Of a stretch of DNA of 64,000 nt, positions 30,807-40,078 are shown piece by piece; position 1 is the first letter of the stretch; every line of letters begins with the position of its first letter. The notes under the pieces were generated by a model. That model had not been told where the DNA came from and ran no database searches. It was given only the letters and a program-made list of their open reading frames with translations. The position numbers and the translations under genes are program-made. The stretch comes from a virus: IMG/VR virus record IMGVR_UViG_3300032245_001466, positions 1 to 64,000 of that record; one strand, written 5' to 3'.

Positions 30807-31103
30807 ATGGTAGACGCAACCGTCAAGCACTACAACCCTATCGAGTGGGTTGTCTGGTTCGTAGAGGATAGGTCGCTATCTGATACGGAGAATAGCATCG
30901 AGTTCACGGAGCTTCAGGATCGTGTGAATGATCGGATCACCGCCGCAATCACGGCGCTCCGTCATTCCAATCCAAACGGCTGGCTCGATAGCCTGGATCA
31001 GGGTGGCATGCGCATCATTAACGATGCGCTCGCGCCGATCCAATGCCGCACGAATCGTCAGGACGATTCTGGCGCGTGGATCATTGAACGAGTAGACGCG
31101 TAA
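30807..31103 (+). CDS. Cassette gene, hypothetical
   Basis: AGGAGG RBS after type-A element. Confidence 0.75.
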   Translation: MVDATVKHYNPIEWVVWFVEDRSLSDTENSIEFTELQDRVNDRITAAITALRHSNPNGWLDSLDQGGMRIINDALAPIQCRTNRQDDSGAWIIERVDA

Positions 31104-31339
31104 AACATCCCCCACTCATCGCGGACGCGCGGTGGGTGGGGGGTTAGTTCGTCGCACCCCGTTCTGTGGCCAAGTTCTAACTCGAGATCCCATAATATAA
31201 CTAACAGCCTAACTAAGTTCGAGTCAGCGCTCCGCGCTTAACGAGCACACCTAAATGAATCTGCTGCTCGTGGCATTCTCTTCTTGCGAGCGATGGCACC
31301 CGTATAGCAGCGGTGCTCGCAGAAAGGTAGGTGTTCACG

Positions 31340-31582
31340 ATGTCTAAGAATGACAATCTTGCCGTCGCGATCAAGCGCCGAGACAATGCTCTCGCGTTGC
31401 TTGTAAGCGCGAAGGCGGATGTTGTTGCTGCGACGCGTCGTATCGCCGAGAGCGGTGGTTCCTATTTGGGGAATCGCCCTTCGTCGCATCCGAGCGTTCA
31501 GACAGCACAACGCGTCCTCTGGAACGTTGAAGAGCAGTACGCCAAAGCGGCGGCTGATCTGGCAACGATCCAGAAGGCGTAG
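31340..31582 (+). CDS. Cassette gene, hypothetical helical protein
   Basis: GAAAGG RBS; start could be GTG 31331. Confidence 0.7.
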   Translation: MSKNDNLAVAIKRRDNALALLVSAKADVVAATRRIAESGGSYLGNRPSSHPSVQTAQRVLWNVEEQYAKAAADLATIQKA

Positions 31583-31853
31583 CGTCCGTCTGGATTCTCC
31601 GAACCGCTCGTCGCTGCTAGGCGAGCGGTTCCCCTTCTCCCCTCACCGAGCAAGCGCGGTGGGGGGAGAGGTCTATCGGGCCTCTCTCACTACGTTCGAT
31701 CCCGACAGTCCATAATATAACTAACTAAGTAACTAAGTTCGAGTCAGCGCTCCGCGCTTAACGAGCCAACCTAAATGAATCTGCCGTCCGTGGGAATATT
31801 CATTTGCGACGGGAGAGACGTCGCCCATGTGGTTAAAGCAAATAGGAGGCTCT

Positions 31854-32126
31854 ATGACGGATACCGAAAAGAAGGCAGCTCCGGTCACGTTGCTGCCATT
31901 TGTTGTCGTGGTCGCACGACTCGTTGAATTCTACATCCCTGTAGCAGCGGCTACAGCGGCTGATGCGAGTGATATCGCTCAGCAGATGGTCATGGATGGC
32001 CATGCTGATGATTTCTCCAACGAATGCGACATCCAGGAGGATGACGTTGACGTTCGGGGGGCGACGTTTGACGATCGCAACCTGTACAAATTCTTTGACG
32101 CGGACGGCGAAGAGCACCGCTTCTAG
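31854..32126 (+). CDS. Cassette gene, acidic hypothetical
   Basis: AGGAGG RBS 4 nt before ATG. Confidence 0.75.
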   Translation: MTDTEKKAAPVTLLPFVVVVARLVEFYIPVAAATAADASDIAQQMVMDGHADDFSNECDIQEDDVDVRGATFDDRNLYKFFDADGEEHRF

Positions 32127-32392
32127 ATCCTGACCGCCATCTCTCGGCGGTCAACATCCCCCTCACCGCAGCGATGCGGTGAGGGGGATGGTAGATCCCT
32201 AGTCTCTCTCACTACGTTCGAGCTCGAGAATCCGCAATATAACTAACTAACTAACTAACCCAGAGTTCGACTCGCCGCTCCGCGGCTAACATGCGTACCT
32301 AAATGAATCGGGCGGTCGGGGCATTATGTCGGCACGGGGACGCCCGACGCGTTGTGAATCGCAACGCGAAACAGAATCAAATAGGAGGCAGT

Positions 32393-32653
32393 ATGGACGC
32401 ACTGGAAATCTTGTACAAGGTATTCGCACTATCGTATGTTGCCGAGCGCGAGGCGTATCGCAATGTTCAGCGTTGGGAGACGCTCGCAGCGGCGCAGGGG
32501 AAACCCGAACCGCAGTACGCAACCGATAGCGTGTACGCTTCGCTCATTGATGAGTGGGACGAAGCGCACAAGGAACTGAAGAAGTTTGAGCGCGAACTTC
32601 TCAAGGAGTACCGCAAGCAGCGAGCAGCGGGCACCTTCACAGTGATGGCGTAG
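32393..32653 (+). CDS. Cassette gene, hypothetical
   Basis: AGGAGG RBS. Confidence 0.75.
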   Translation: MDALEILYKVFALSYVAEREAYRNVQRWETLAAAQGKPEPQYATDSVYASLIDEWDEAHKELKKFERELLKEYRKQRAAGTFTVMA

Positions 32654-32888
32654 ACACCGCCACGACACCACACCCCATCAACCGCGGACGCGCGGTTGGT
32701 GGGGTGGTCGGTCGGTACTCTCTCTCACGTTGTTCGAGCTCGGCAGCCCATAAGATAACTAACTAACTAACTAACCAATAACTGGTTCGAATCGGCGCTC
32801 CGCGCCTAACGAGCCCACATAAACGAATCCGTCGCCTATGACATTATTCAGGTGCGGCAGTTGCCGTGTAGTATGAAAGGGGAAAGAA

Positions 32889-33215
32889 ATGTCACACGAG
32901 TTAGAGTTCAGTCACGATCCAAAGAGCGTCGCAGATCCCTGCTCTCTGGATAGTATCGTTGAGGCGTACATTGAATTCCGCAACGCACCTGTGCGTGGCA
33001 CGAATCTCGTTTATCGGCAAATGCCCGTAGACGAGATGCTCGCGATGACGCGCCGACCAGAGGATTTCATTGAGAGGCTAGGATCGTGGGCTGCGATCTG
33101 GGGTTCAGATTCTCAGCGATACGACATCGGCAAGTTCGGGTGGTGGTCCTGCTCCGAGTGCGGCGCCGATGACATTGAGTTAGGTTCATACGACGACGAG
33201 TGCGACGAAGAGTAG
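32889..33215 (+). CDS. Cassette gene, acidic CxxC protein
   Basis: GAAAGGGG RBS; GWWSCSECG. Confidence 0.75.
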   Translation: MSHELEFSHDPKSVADPCSLDSIVEAYIEFRNAPVRGTNLVYRQMPVDEMLAMTRRPEDFIERLGSWAAIWGSDSQRYDIGKFGWWSCSECGADDIELGSYDDECDEE

Positions 33216-33436
33216 TCGCCAATCGCTCCACTCTCCCACCGCTCACCGCTTCGGCGGTGGGCGGTGGTAGTTCCATCCCGAGTCTCTCACTTCGTTCGAT
33301 CTCGAAACTCCATAAGATAACTAACTAACTGGGCGTTCGATCCGACGCTCCGCGTCTATCAGGAGAACCTAAACAATAATGGCGTCTATGTCATTGTCTC
33401 TCTGCGGCACCTGCCGTATAGTTTGTAGGAGGTAGT

Positions 33437-33760
33437 ATGTCGGACACAGAAACGATGAGCCTTCAGGAGATGGCTCGCGAACTGACGGTAATGCGCATTG
33501 AGCGTTCCCGCTGCTGCGATCCATACGATTGTATGCATCACGAGATGTGCGGCGAAGAGTGGTACGGGAAATGCAGCGGCTGCGAGCGTCGTGCGTACCT
33601 TTCCAATGAATTCTACGCTGCGTGCGAAGCAGAGAATGCAGATCCTGCCGCGCTGCTCAATGCAGAAGAGCGCGCTATTGAGGATGAGCGCTTTGACTTC
33701 TACTCGCGAATGAACGAGTGGGGCAATGACGACGCTGCCTTCTGGACCGATCAAGAGTAG
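33437..33760 (+). CDS. Cassette gene, acidic Cys-rich protein
   Basis: AGGAGG RBS. Confidence 0.75.
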   Translation: MSDTETMSLQEMARELTVMRIERSRCCDPYDCMHHEMCGEEWYGKCSGCERRAYLSNEFYAACEAENADPAALLNAEERAIEDERFDFYSRMNEWGNDDAAFWTDQE

Positions 33761-33969
33761 TCGCATCACCCCGTTCACCGCTTTGGCGGTGGGCGGGGTG
33801 GTCTACCGAGGCTCTCTCACTACGTTCGATACCGAACCCCCGTAAGATAACTAACTAACCCTGAGTTCGACTCGGCGCTCCGCGCCTAACGAGAGCACCT
33901 AAATGAATCACCCCCTCGTGGCATTCTCTTGGTGCGGCACTTGCCGCGTAGTATGAAAGGGGAGCGCAA

Positions 33970-34275
33970 ATGTTTGATTGCGTAAAGCACGGCGAGGTAG
34001 CGAAGAGTCTCAGTGGCTATTGCGTTGCTTGCTGCTCAGAGGATCATATCTGCGAAACCTGCGGATTGCGCAGCGGCAGTGATGATGGCTTCACTCTCGT
34101 TGAGTGGCGCAGCACGCAAATTTGGAAGGGTCAGATGCTTTGCGATGATTGCGTTGCGTGCGCAGATTGCGAAGTTTCTGGTGACGGTACCGTGAACACC
34201 CACAACGATTACAGCGAACTGCTTTGCGATGCTTGCGTTGAGGATCGCGACGCAGAGTGGGAGAGCGAAGAGTAG
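33970..34275 (+). CDS. Cassette gene, multi-CxxC zinc-binding protein
   Basis: Several CxxC pairs; GAAAGGGG RBS. Confidence 0.75.
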   Translation: MFDCVKHGEVAKSLSGYCVACCSEDHICETCGLRSGSDDGFTLVEWRSTQIWKGQMLCDDCVACADCEVSGDGTVNTHNDYSELLCDACVEDRDAEWESEE

Positions 34276-34508
34276 TCACAACCGATCCACTCCACCATCG
34301 TCAACCGCTCGGCGGTTGGCGGTGGTGGTTCAATCGGGAGTCTCTCACTTCGTTCGATCCCGACAGTCCGTAATATAACTAACTAATTAACTAACTAATA
34401 ACTGGTTCGACTCGGCCCTCCGGGCCTATCGGCCTAACATAAATGAATCAATCGTTTGCCGTACTCTCTGGGTGCGGCGGTTGCCGTGTAGTAATAAGGA
34501 GGCTAGTA

Positions 34509-34853
34509 ATGGGAGCAATGAAGAATCAAGCAATAGAGGAGCGCAACGATAGCGTCGTTGATTATCACACATGGCGATTCGTAGAAGCCGATGGCGGTGC
34601 TGATCAGCACGCGCTAGAGTGGTGGGCGTCATCATACGCTCGCCGTGCCGATACCGCCGACGAAGCGGTAGACGTCATGGAGAAGCCGCATCACTACGCT
34701 GAGGAGATTGCAGAGTTCGCCAGCATTTATGCTGACGCGAGCGATGACGACCTCTCGCTATTCGGCTATTGGGAGTGTGAAGAGTGCGGCGAAGAGTCCA
34801 AGAGGATCTCGCACTCGATAGACATGGCGAAGACCTGCTACGGTCAGCAGTAG
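34509..34853 (+). CDS. Cassette gene, acidic CxxC protein
   Basis: AGGAGG RBS; GYWECEECG. Confidence 0.75.
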   Translation: MGAMKNQAIEERNDSVVDYHTWRFVEADGGADQHALEWWASSYARRADTADEAVDVMEKPHHYAEEIAEFASIYADASDDDLSLFGYWECEECGEESKRISHSIDMAKTCYGQQ

Positions 34854-35082
34854 CGCACCGCCCCACTCACCGCTTCGGCGGTGGGTGGGGCGGTCTATCG
34901 GGCCTCTCTCACTTCGTTCGAGCTCGCCAACCTGACTAATAACTAACTGCATAACTAACTAAGATAACTAACCTAACGTTCTGACGCTCGCTCCGCTCGC
35001 TTCGGCCGAACTATAATGAACCCAGCGATTCAGGCACTATGTCGGTGCGGGGCTTCCCGTGTTGCGATAAGGAGGCAATAAA

Positions 35083-35313
35083 ATGGTAGCGTGCCAAGAT
35101 TGTGGCGTTGAGTTCTTCAACGAGTTTGAGCCACTATCAACTATCTGCGCAGCGTGCGTAGATGAGCGCGATTCCTATTACGAGAAATGGGCGGCAGAAT
35201 ACGCTGACGCTATGGCGGAAGAAGATGACGCTTGGGAGCGCACCAAGCGCAGGATTAGCCCTGAGCGCGGGTTTATCGGAACGGATACCGACCCGCTACC
35301 AGGCGGCGACTAA
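35083..35313 (+). CDS. Cassette gene, zinc-finger protein
   Basis: AGGAGG RBS; CQDC..CAAC. Confidence 0.75.
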   Translation: MVACQDCGVEFFNEFEPLSTICAACVDERDSYYEKWAAEYADAMAEEDDAWERTKRRISPERGFIGTDTDPLPGGD

Positions 35314-35316
35314 ACC

Positions 35317-35445
35317 AGAAGCCCCTCGTTGCCACGCGGCAGCGGGGGGCTTTCTGTTTGACCCCTCCTCGCCGGGCGAGGAGGGCTTGCCCAAATAATA
35401 AGCCCCCCAAGAGCCTCGGCGGTTTCTTGGGGGGCTTGCTTTGCT
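35317..35445. terminator. Convergent terminators at the junction of the two arrays
   Basis: CAGAAGCCCC..GGGGCTTTCTGTTT (+) and AAGCCCCCCAAGA..TCTTGGGGGGCTT with AATAATA (-), flanking a type-B hairpin. Confidence 0.75.
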
Positions 35446-35455
35446 TCTGGTGTGT

Positions 35456-35773
35456 TTATGCTTCTGCCTTTGCCTCGGCTTTCGCGTCATCTACATAGGT
35501 GCGTGCGATTTCGTGCCAGTTGATTGCCTCAACCGCGGCGCGCAATAGGTCTGCCTCAAGTCCTGCCGCCTTCGTTGTCCAAGTTTCGTCAATCTCGTTG
35601 CGCAAGGTGTCCGCGAGAGTGTCGGCGGCGTCGTCCGTGTCGCCTTCGTTGTCCGTAAGAATCTCGGCGGCAATCTCCGCAACATAGTCGCTGCCGCCCG
35701 CATAGCCTTCGCCAATCCACAACGCGGCAAGCCAAGTTTCGTAGTTGCTCCAGCCGTTGTATTGTCCGCTCAT
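35456..35773 (-). CDS. Cassette gene, acidic phage protein (YNGWSNYETW family)
   Basis: AGGAGG RBS; recurring phage motif YNGW.NYETW...LW...INW.EIA. Confidence 0.8.
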   Translation of the reverse strand: MSGQYNGWSNYETWLAALWIGEGYAGGSDYVAEIAAEILTDNEGDTDDAADTLADTLRNEIDETWTTKAAGLEADLLRAAVEAINWHEIARTYVDDAKAEAKAEA

Positions 35774-35954
35774 TGTCTAGCCTCCTTCTATGCCTTGCCC
35801 AAGTGGGCTAGTCGCATTATAGAGTGAGATTCTGCGCCCTGTCAAGCGTTCTATCTCAGGTAGCCGGGGCTACCTGAGCCATAACAATAAACCCCGCCGA
35901 AGCGGGGCTTATCGTTTCACGACGGGGGGCTAGTTCCCCGTAGCGAGCATCTAG

Positions 35955-36176
35955 TTATCGCGCAAGCGCGACGGCCTCTTGTACGCGGCTTGCCGCGCCC
36001 TCGGCGCTACCGAACTCCTCAATGCCGAACACCTCAACGAGATTGTTTACAAAGTCGGTCGCCATCTTCTCAAAGTAGAAGGTCGTATCGCCCTCCGCGT
36101 CCTGCCCCTCATACCAACGGGCAAAGGTTGTGCTTGCTCCGTTTGTGTGAATCTGATACCAAGTGTTTGCGTTCAT
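35955..36176 (-). CDS. Cassette gene, hypothetical
   Basis: Second gene of a two-gene unit. Confidence 0.65.
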   Translation of the reverse strand: MNANTWYQIHTNGASTTFARWYEGQDAEGDTTFYFEKMATDFVNNLVEVFGIEEFGSAEGAASRVQEAVALAR

Positions 36177-36181
36177 TAGTC

Positions 36182-36331
36182 CTACTCCTCACATACGCAG
36201 GTTTCGCACCCGCAGTTGATTTTGTTGTGGCACTTCTCGCAAAGCACCTTGCCGCTCTGGTTGAGTGTTTCGCTCATACCATCGCCGCAGTTCTCGCAGG
36301 GCGAGTAGTCCAAGTCCTCAAAGGTCGCCAT
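36182..36331 (-). CDS. Cassette gene, 49-aa Cys-rich zinc finger (not in ORF track)
   Basis: AGGAGG RBS; MATFEDLDYSPCENCG..CEKC..CGCETCVCEE. Confidence 0.7.
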   Translation of the reverse strand: MATFEDLDYSPCENCGDGMSETLNQSGKVLCEKCHNKINCGCETCVCEE

Positions 36332-36492
36332 TTCTAGCCTCCTATTCCTAGCCAGCCCAAGTGGGCTACGGGCATTATAGAGTCATCTTCTGCCTGCCGT
36401 CAAGTGGTTCTAGTCCAATCTGCCGAGGCAGATTGGAGGCAAACAAAAACGAGGGGCGCACCCCTCGTTTCTGTTTTCTGAGCTGCGAAACC

Positions 36493-36900
36493 TTACGCGA
36501 TAGGGTAGCCGCCCAGTTCTAGCAGCGTGCGGATTTCTTCCACCTGCTCATCATTGAGGGCGAGCGTCTGCCCGTCCTTATCCTCTGCGGTGAGTACGCA
36601 GTTGCCATAGATGCCGTCAAAGTTTCCGCCGAGGATTTCATTTCGCAGCGAAGTTGCCGCCTGATTGCGGACGACTGGCTCATTGAAAAGCCCTTCCTCA
36701 TCGCACCAGAGCACCACACTCGTTGCGCCGTACTTGCCAGAAACCGCAACCTCGGTAATGTCAAACTCGCCCACGCGGTAAATCTCTTTGAGCGTGCTGC
36801 CGTCATCGTTGAAGTCCACCACCTCAACCCAGTTGAAGAGTGCGCCGTTTGGCGTTGCGTCCTCAAACTTGCCGACTCCGAACTTGAACGCCTTACCCAT
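36493..36900 (-). CDS. Cassette gene, DUF3846-like
   Basis: LWCDEEGL....N..AT...I.GN.VL motif. Confidence 0.7.
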   Translation of the reverse strand: MGKAFKFGVGKFEDATPNGALFNWVEVVDFNDDGSTLKEIYRVGEFDITEVAVSGKYGATSVVLWCDEEGLFNEPVVRNQAATSLRNEILGGNFDGIYGNCVLTAEDKDGQTLALNDEQVEEIRTLLELGGYPIA

Positions 36901-37030
36901 TTTCTAGCCTCCTACTTTTTCCATCGGGAAGCCCCGACCTCTGAATCTTACGCGATAAATCCGCAGCCTGTCAAGCGGGTTCTACCCCTAATGGCCGGAG
37001 CCATTAGGGGCTGAACTATTATCTGGCGAT

Positions 37031-37372
37031 TTAGGCGAAGACGCTTGTGATGTCCTGCATTTCGCGCTCAGCGGCTTCGGCGGAATCAAAGACAACGAAG
37101 TCAATGAATCCATCGTTGCGCCAGTGAACGATTGCATACTGGAACCTATCGTAAGTCCCATCAAGTTCGGTTTCATACGATTCATCTGGGATAGCAACGC
37201 CATCCATCGTATCTCCATAGATGAGTTCAATCTTGATAGCGTGCGGCTCAACGCGGCTCCGAACTTCTGGTCGGAGATACCAAACTGGGCACTTGCTGCA
37301 CACTTCGCCCTGTGAGCAGTGGAACTGGTAGAAGTCGCTCTTCGTGAGTGAGATTGCAAACGCCTTGAACAT
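37031..37372 (-). CDS. Cassette gene, hypothetical
   Basis: AGGAGG RBS. Confidence 0.75.
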   Translation of the reverse strand: MFKAFAISLTKSDFYQFHCSQGEVCSKCPVWYLRPEVRSRVEPHAIKIELIYGDTMDGVAIPDESYETELDGTYDRFQYAIVHWRNDGFIDFVVFDSAEAAEREMQDITSVFA

Positions 37373-37573
37373 CCTAGCCTCCTGTTCTCAATCAGCCCAA
37401 GTGGGCTACGCCCATTGTAATGTGAACTTTCCCAGCCTGTCAAGCGTTCTATCCCAAGTGGCCTCGGCCACTTGGGGCATAACAATAATAAAGCGGGCTA
37501 GTTGGCTGCGATCAACTAGCCCGCTTGGGGAAGAGGTGGTGGAGGCTGCCGCCACCTCGTAGACATTAGTCCG

Positions 37574-37837
37574 CTATGCGAACTCAAACTGGCGACAATC
37601 TGCGCCGAACAAACAACTGGCTGGCTCGTGTGGTTGTGGCTCTATTGCCCAGTTTAGGCAAGTGCCGCAAGAATCGCCACAAAGGTTGATGTCATCCCAG
37701 TCAAAGACAGGTCCGAGGGTGTTGCCCTCGCGGTCAGTTGTCTGTGGGTCGTCAAGCGCGTCGCCGAAGCGAACCTCAGCGCACGCCACGCAATGGAATG
37801 AACCCTCGTAAGTCCAAGCCAAGATTCTGCTATCCAT
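37574..37837 (-). CDS. Cassette gene, Cys-rich
   Basis: AGGAGG RBS; CVAC..CGTC. Confidence 0.75.
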   Translation of the reverse strand: MDSRILAWTYEGSFHCVACAEVRFGDALDDPQTTDREGNTLGPVFDWDDINLCGDSCGTCLNWAIEPQPHEPASCLFGADCRQFEFA

Positions 37838-38031
37838 AAGTCCTCCTACTCGCAACTATCGGTAGTTCCCGACCACACGATTATACGCGATAAGTTCTGA
37901 GCCTGTCAAGTTCCACCGCAAGGAGCCGAGGCTCCTTGCGCCTACCCAATAATGCTATCTACTGCTGATGAGGGCGAGTGTGTACAGCATTAGGAGCAGG
38001 AGCAGCCCGTAGAAGATGGCGTACTCCACAA

Positions 38032-38289
38032 TCATACAACCACGCTTTGGAGCGCGTCGTAGCAGTCATCGCATAGCGACTGCTTATGCTCGTAGGCGTT
38101 CTCGTAGCCGTTCCAGCCGTAGGCAAACGAACGCGTCTTGCCCTCAAACGGGCAACGCTTGTCCAGACCAAGAGCCTCCTCGCCCTCGCACTCCTGAACC
38201 ATTGGGTGATCGTGCGTTTCGCACTCGCATTGGTCGTAGTAGCAATCGCCGTTGCCACACATCGTCATTGACGCTTGTAGGTATGCCAT
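38032..38289 (-). CDS. Cassette gene, Cys-rich
   Basis: AGGAGG RBS. Confidence 0.75.
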   Translation of the reverse strand: MAYLQASMTMCGNGDCYYDQCECETHDHPMVQECEGEEALGLDKRCPFEGKTRSFAYGWNGYENAYEHKQSLCDDCYDALQSVVV

Positions 38290-38404
38290 TGTTGCCTCCT
38301 TCACTAGCCTCCCCAAGTGGGGTACTCGTATTCTATACACACTCCTAGCCAGCCGTCAAGCGGGGTTCTAGTCATCTTTGCCGGAGCAAAGATGAGCAGA
38401 ACAA

Positions 38405-38628
38405 ATAGAAAGACCCCCCAGAGCCGTCGCCCTGAGAGGTCTTTCCTCGGATTCGTTGTCTGGGGCTAATCACTTCCCCAGACTCCTTTTCCTTCCGCTC
38501 CGCCGATACATTGGCTCCTAGCGGTCATCGTCCTTTGCGTCTCTATCCCCGCATTTCTTGGCTGCGGCATCTGCTCGCTCGTCCAGAGTCTCACCCAGTC
38601 GGTTGCTATTCCTAGGATCGCTTCCGAC
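38405..38628 (-). ncRNA. Candidate small structured RNA occupying a cassette slot
   Basis: Own TTGACA-N18-GATACT promoter and terminator, several stems, no RBS. Confidence 0.45.
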
Positions 38629-38792
38629 ATAGGGAGTATCTCACCTCGTCTGGGGTCTTGTCAAGCACTTTCCCAAAGATTCTTTATGAATCTTTTTTAT
38701 CCACCAGCCGCCCCCTTGACAGTTCTATCCCGAAGTGCAGCTGCACTTCGGGCTGCCACAATAATAAACTCAAAGAACAAGGAGCCAAATAA

Positions 38793-38927
38793 CTAACTCT
38801 CTTGCGGGTGCTCGCAGTTTTCTGACTGCTCCAACTCGTAGCACGCGTTATCCCGAACGGGATTGTCTACACACTCGCAGACAATCTCATTGCGTTCGCA
38901 GTCATCGCACCAAACCATCGTACTCAT
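38793..38927 (-). CDS. Cassette gene, 44-aa Cys-rich (not in ORF track)
   Basis: GGAGG RBS, TAATG coupling; WCDDCE..CEC. Confidence 0.6.
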   Translation of the reverse strand: MSTMVWCDDCERNEIVCECVDNPVRDNACYELEQSENCEHPQES

Positions 38928-39145
38928 TAGAGCCTCCCAGTTCCGCCGCAGCCGCAGATGCCGCCCTCGCAGGTTGCGCCTTCCTCAACGAGCAGCGCGC
39001 AGCCGTACTTCTCGGCTCGGTGTTCCTCGCACGATTCGCAGTAAAGAGCAGATTTGCCAGACTCATTGTTGTCGGAGATGTACGCTGCCTGACCGTCGCA
39101 GAAGTCGCAGAAGCGCGACTCCAAGATGAACTCGCCCTCGCTCAT
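38927..39145 (-). CDS. Cassette gene, zinc finger
   Basis: CDFC..CESC.. Confidence 0.7.
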   Translation of the reverse strand: MSEGEFILESRFCDFCDGQAAYISDNNESGKSALYCESCEEHRAEKYGCALLVEEGATCEGGICGCGGTGRL

Positions 39146-39351
39146 AGTGCCACCTCAAATCCGTCAGCCTGAATACCATCTAGAATCTGCTGAACATAGC
39201 GGCGCTCAATCGCAAGACCGCGACCAAGATACATCGCGTCCTCGCCGATGTTCTCGTCCAGCCAGCGGCGAGCATCGCTCGTCGTCGGAGTGAGTAGGCA
39301 GACGGAGCCGCCGTCCGTGAGCGTGAAGTCCGCGCTGTGCTTCTTTGCCAT
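39142..39351 (-). CDS. Cassette gene, hypothetical
   Basis: AGGAGG RBS. Confidence 0.75.
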   Translation of the reverse strand: MAKKHSADFTLTDGGSVCLLTPTTSDARRWLDENIGEDAMYLGRGLAIERRYVQQILDGIQADGFEVAL

Positions 39352-39671
39352 TGTGTCCTCCTATCGCAACGCGCCCAAGTGAGCGTGAGGAAAGTGTAAA
39401 TGATCATTGACCAGCCGTCAAGTTCTAACTCAAACAGCCGCGGCTGTTTGAGCCGAAACAATAAAGGGGAGCCGCGCCAGACACCACATCTGGCACGACT
39501 CCCCGCGTATCGCCGCTATGACGCTTATCCCCTTGCGGAGGCAACCTTCGGCTCTCGCCTAGTTGCTGCTGACTCTACCTTCTCTGGTTAGGAGCCCAAG
39601 AGCCAGACCTTATCGTCGCGGGCAGTTCGTCAATCTGCCAACTAGCCGTCCTCTACACGGCGCGGATTTAT

Positions 39672-39956
39672 TTACGCTTTCACCTCGTACTGCTCGCCGC
39701 CGATTCGCAGCGCGGTGATTGCGTCAAGGGCGATTGAGCGATAGCCCTCTGCGGTAATGTCATAGACGAAGATGAGGTCTTTGGCAGCAGCGTCATACGC
39801 AGCCTCGCCGCCTTTGAGATGCTTCTTTACGCCAAGACGCGCCGTCATCTTGCGAAGTTCGCCCGTGGTTCGCTTGATGAAGTCCACGCCGAAGATTGCG
39901 CCATTGCTGTTGCGAATCATCTCTGCCGCTTCGCTTCGCTTGATTGCCTTTGCCAT
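39672..39956 (-). CDS. Cassette gene, WYL-like SH3-fold protein
   Basis: F.V.FIK..GELR.M.A.LG....VYD.....YRSI pattern. Confidence 0.7.
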   Translation of the reverse strand: MAKAIKRSEAAEMIRNSNGAIFGVDFIKRTTGELRKMTARLGVKKHLKGGEAAYDAAAKDLIFVYDITAEGYRSIALDAITALRIGGEQYEVKA

Positions 39957-40078
39957 TTCTTCCTCCTTGTTCACAGCACCCCAATCGGGGCAAGCCCATT
40001 ATAGGGTCATCTTTTGCCAGCCGTCAAGTGGGTTCTAGCCCAAGAGGCCGGAGCCTCTTGGGGCTGAACTATAATCGC

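Larger units (their letters stand above)
29151..35060 (+). repeat. Type-A intergenic cassette elements, 12 copies
   Basis: Unit: GC hairpin - CTCTCAC - GTTC(G/T)A - TAA(T/G)ATAA(CTAA)n - GTTCGA-N3-[5-bp stem/TCC/5-bp stem]-TAWC - CCTAAA - N17 - extended -10. Stems start at 29160, 29713, 30248, 30704, 31226, 31746, 32274, 32794, 33344, 33874, 34414; degenerate copy near 34985. Confidence 0.95.

Noticed and set aside
29704-34430. Classical integron attC sites (GCCTAAC resembles RYYYAAC)
   Set aside because: Order is GTT...AAC rather than RYYYAAC...GTTRRRY, no L boxes or extrahelical bases, cassettes have their own promoters, and no IntI is visible
29644-34921. GTTCGAnTC motifs as tRNA T-arm remnants or attP sites
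   Set aside because: No T-stem, acceptor stem or CCA around them
38466-38630. 54-codon minus-strand ORF in the candidate ncRNA cassette
   Set aside because: No RBS, and the ATG lies only 4 nt after the -10 hexamer, probably upstream of +1; not fully excluded
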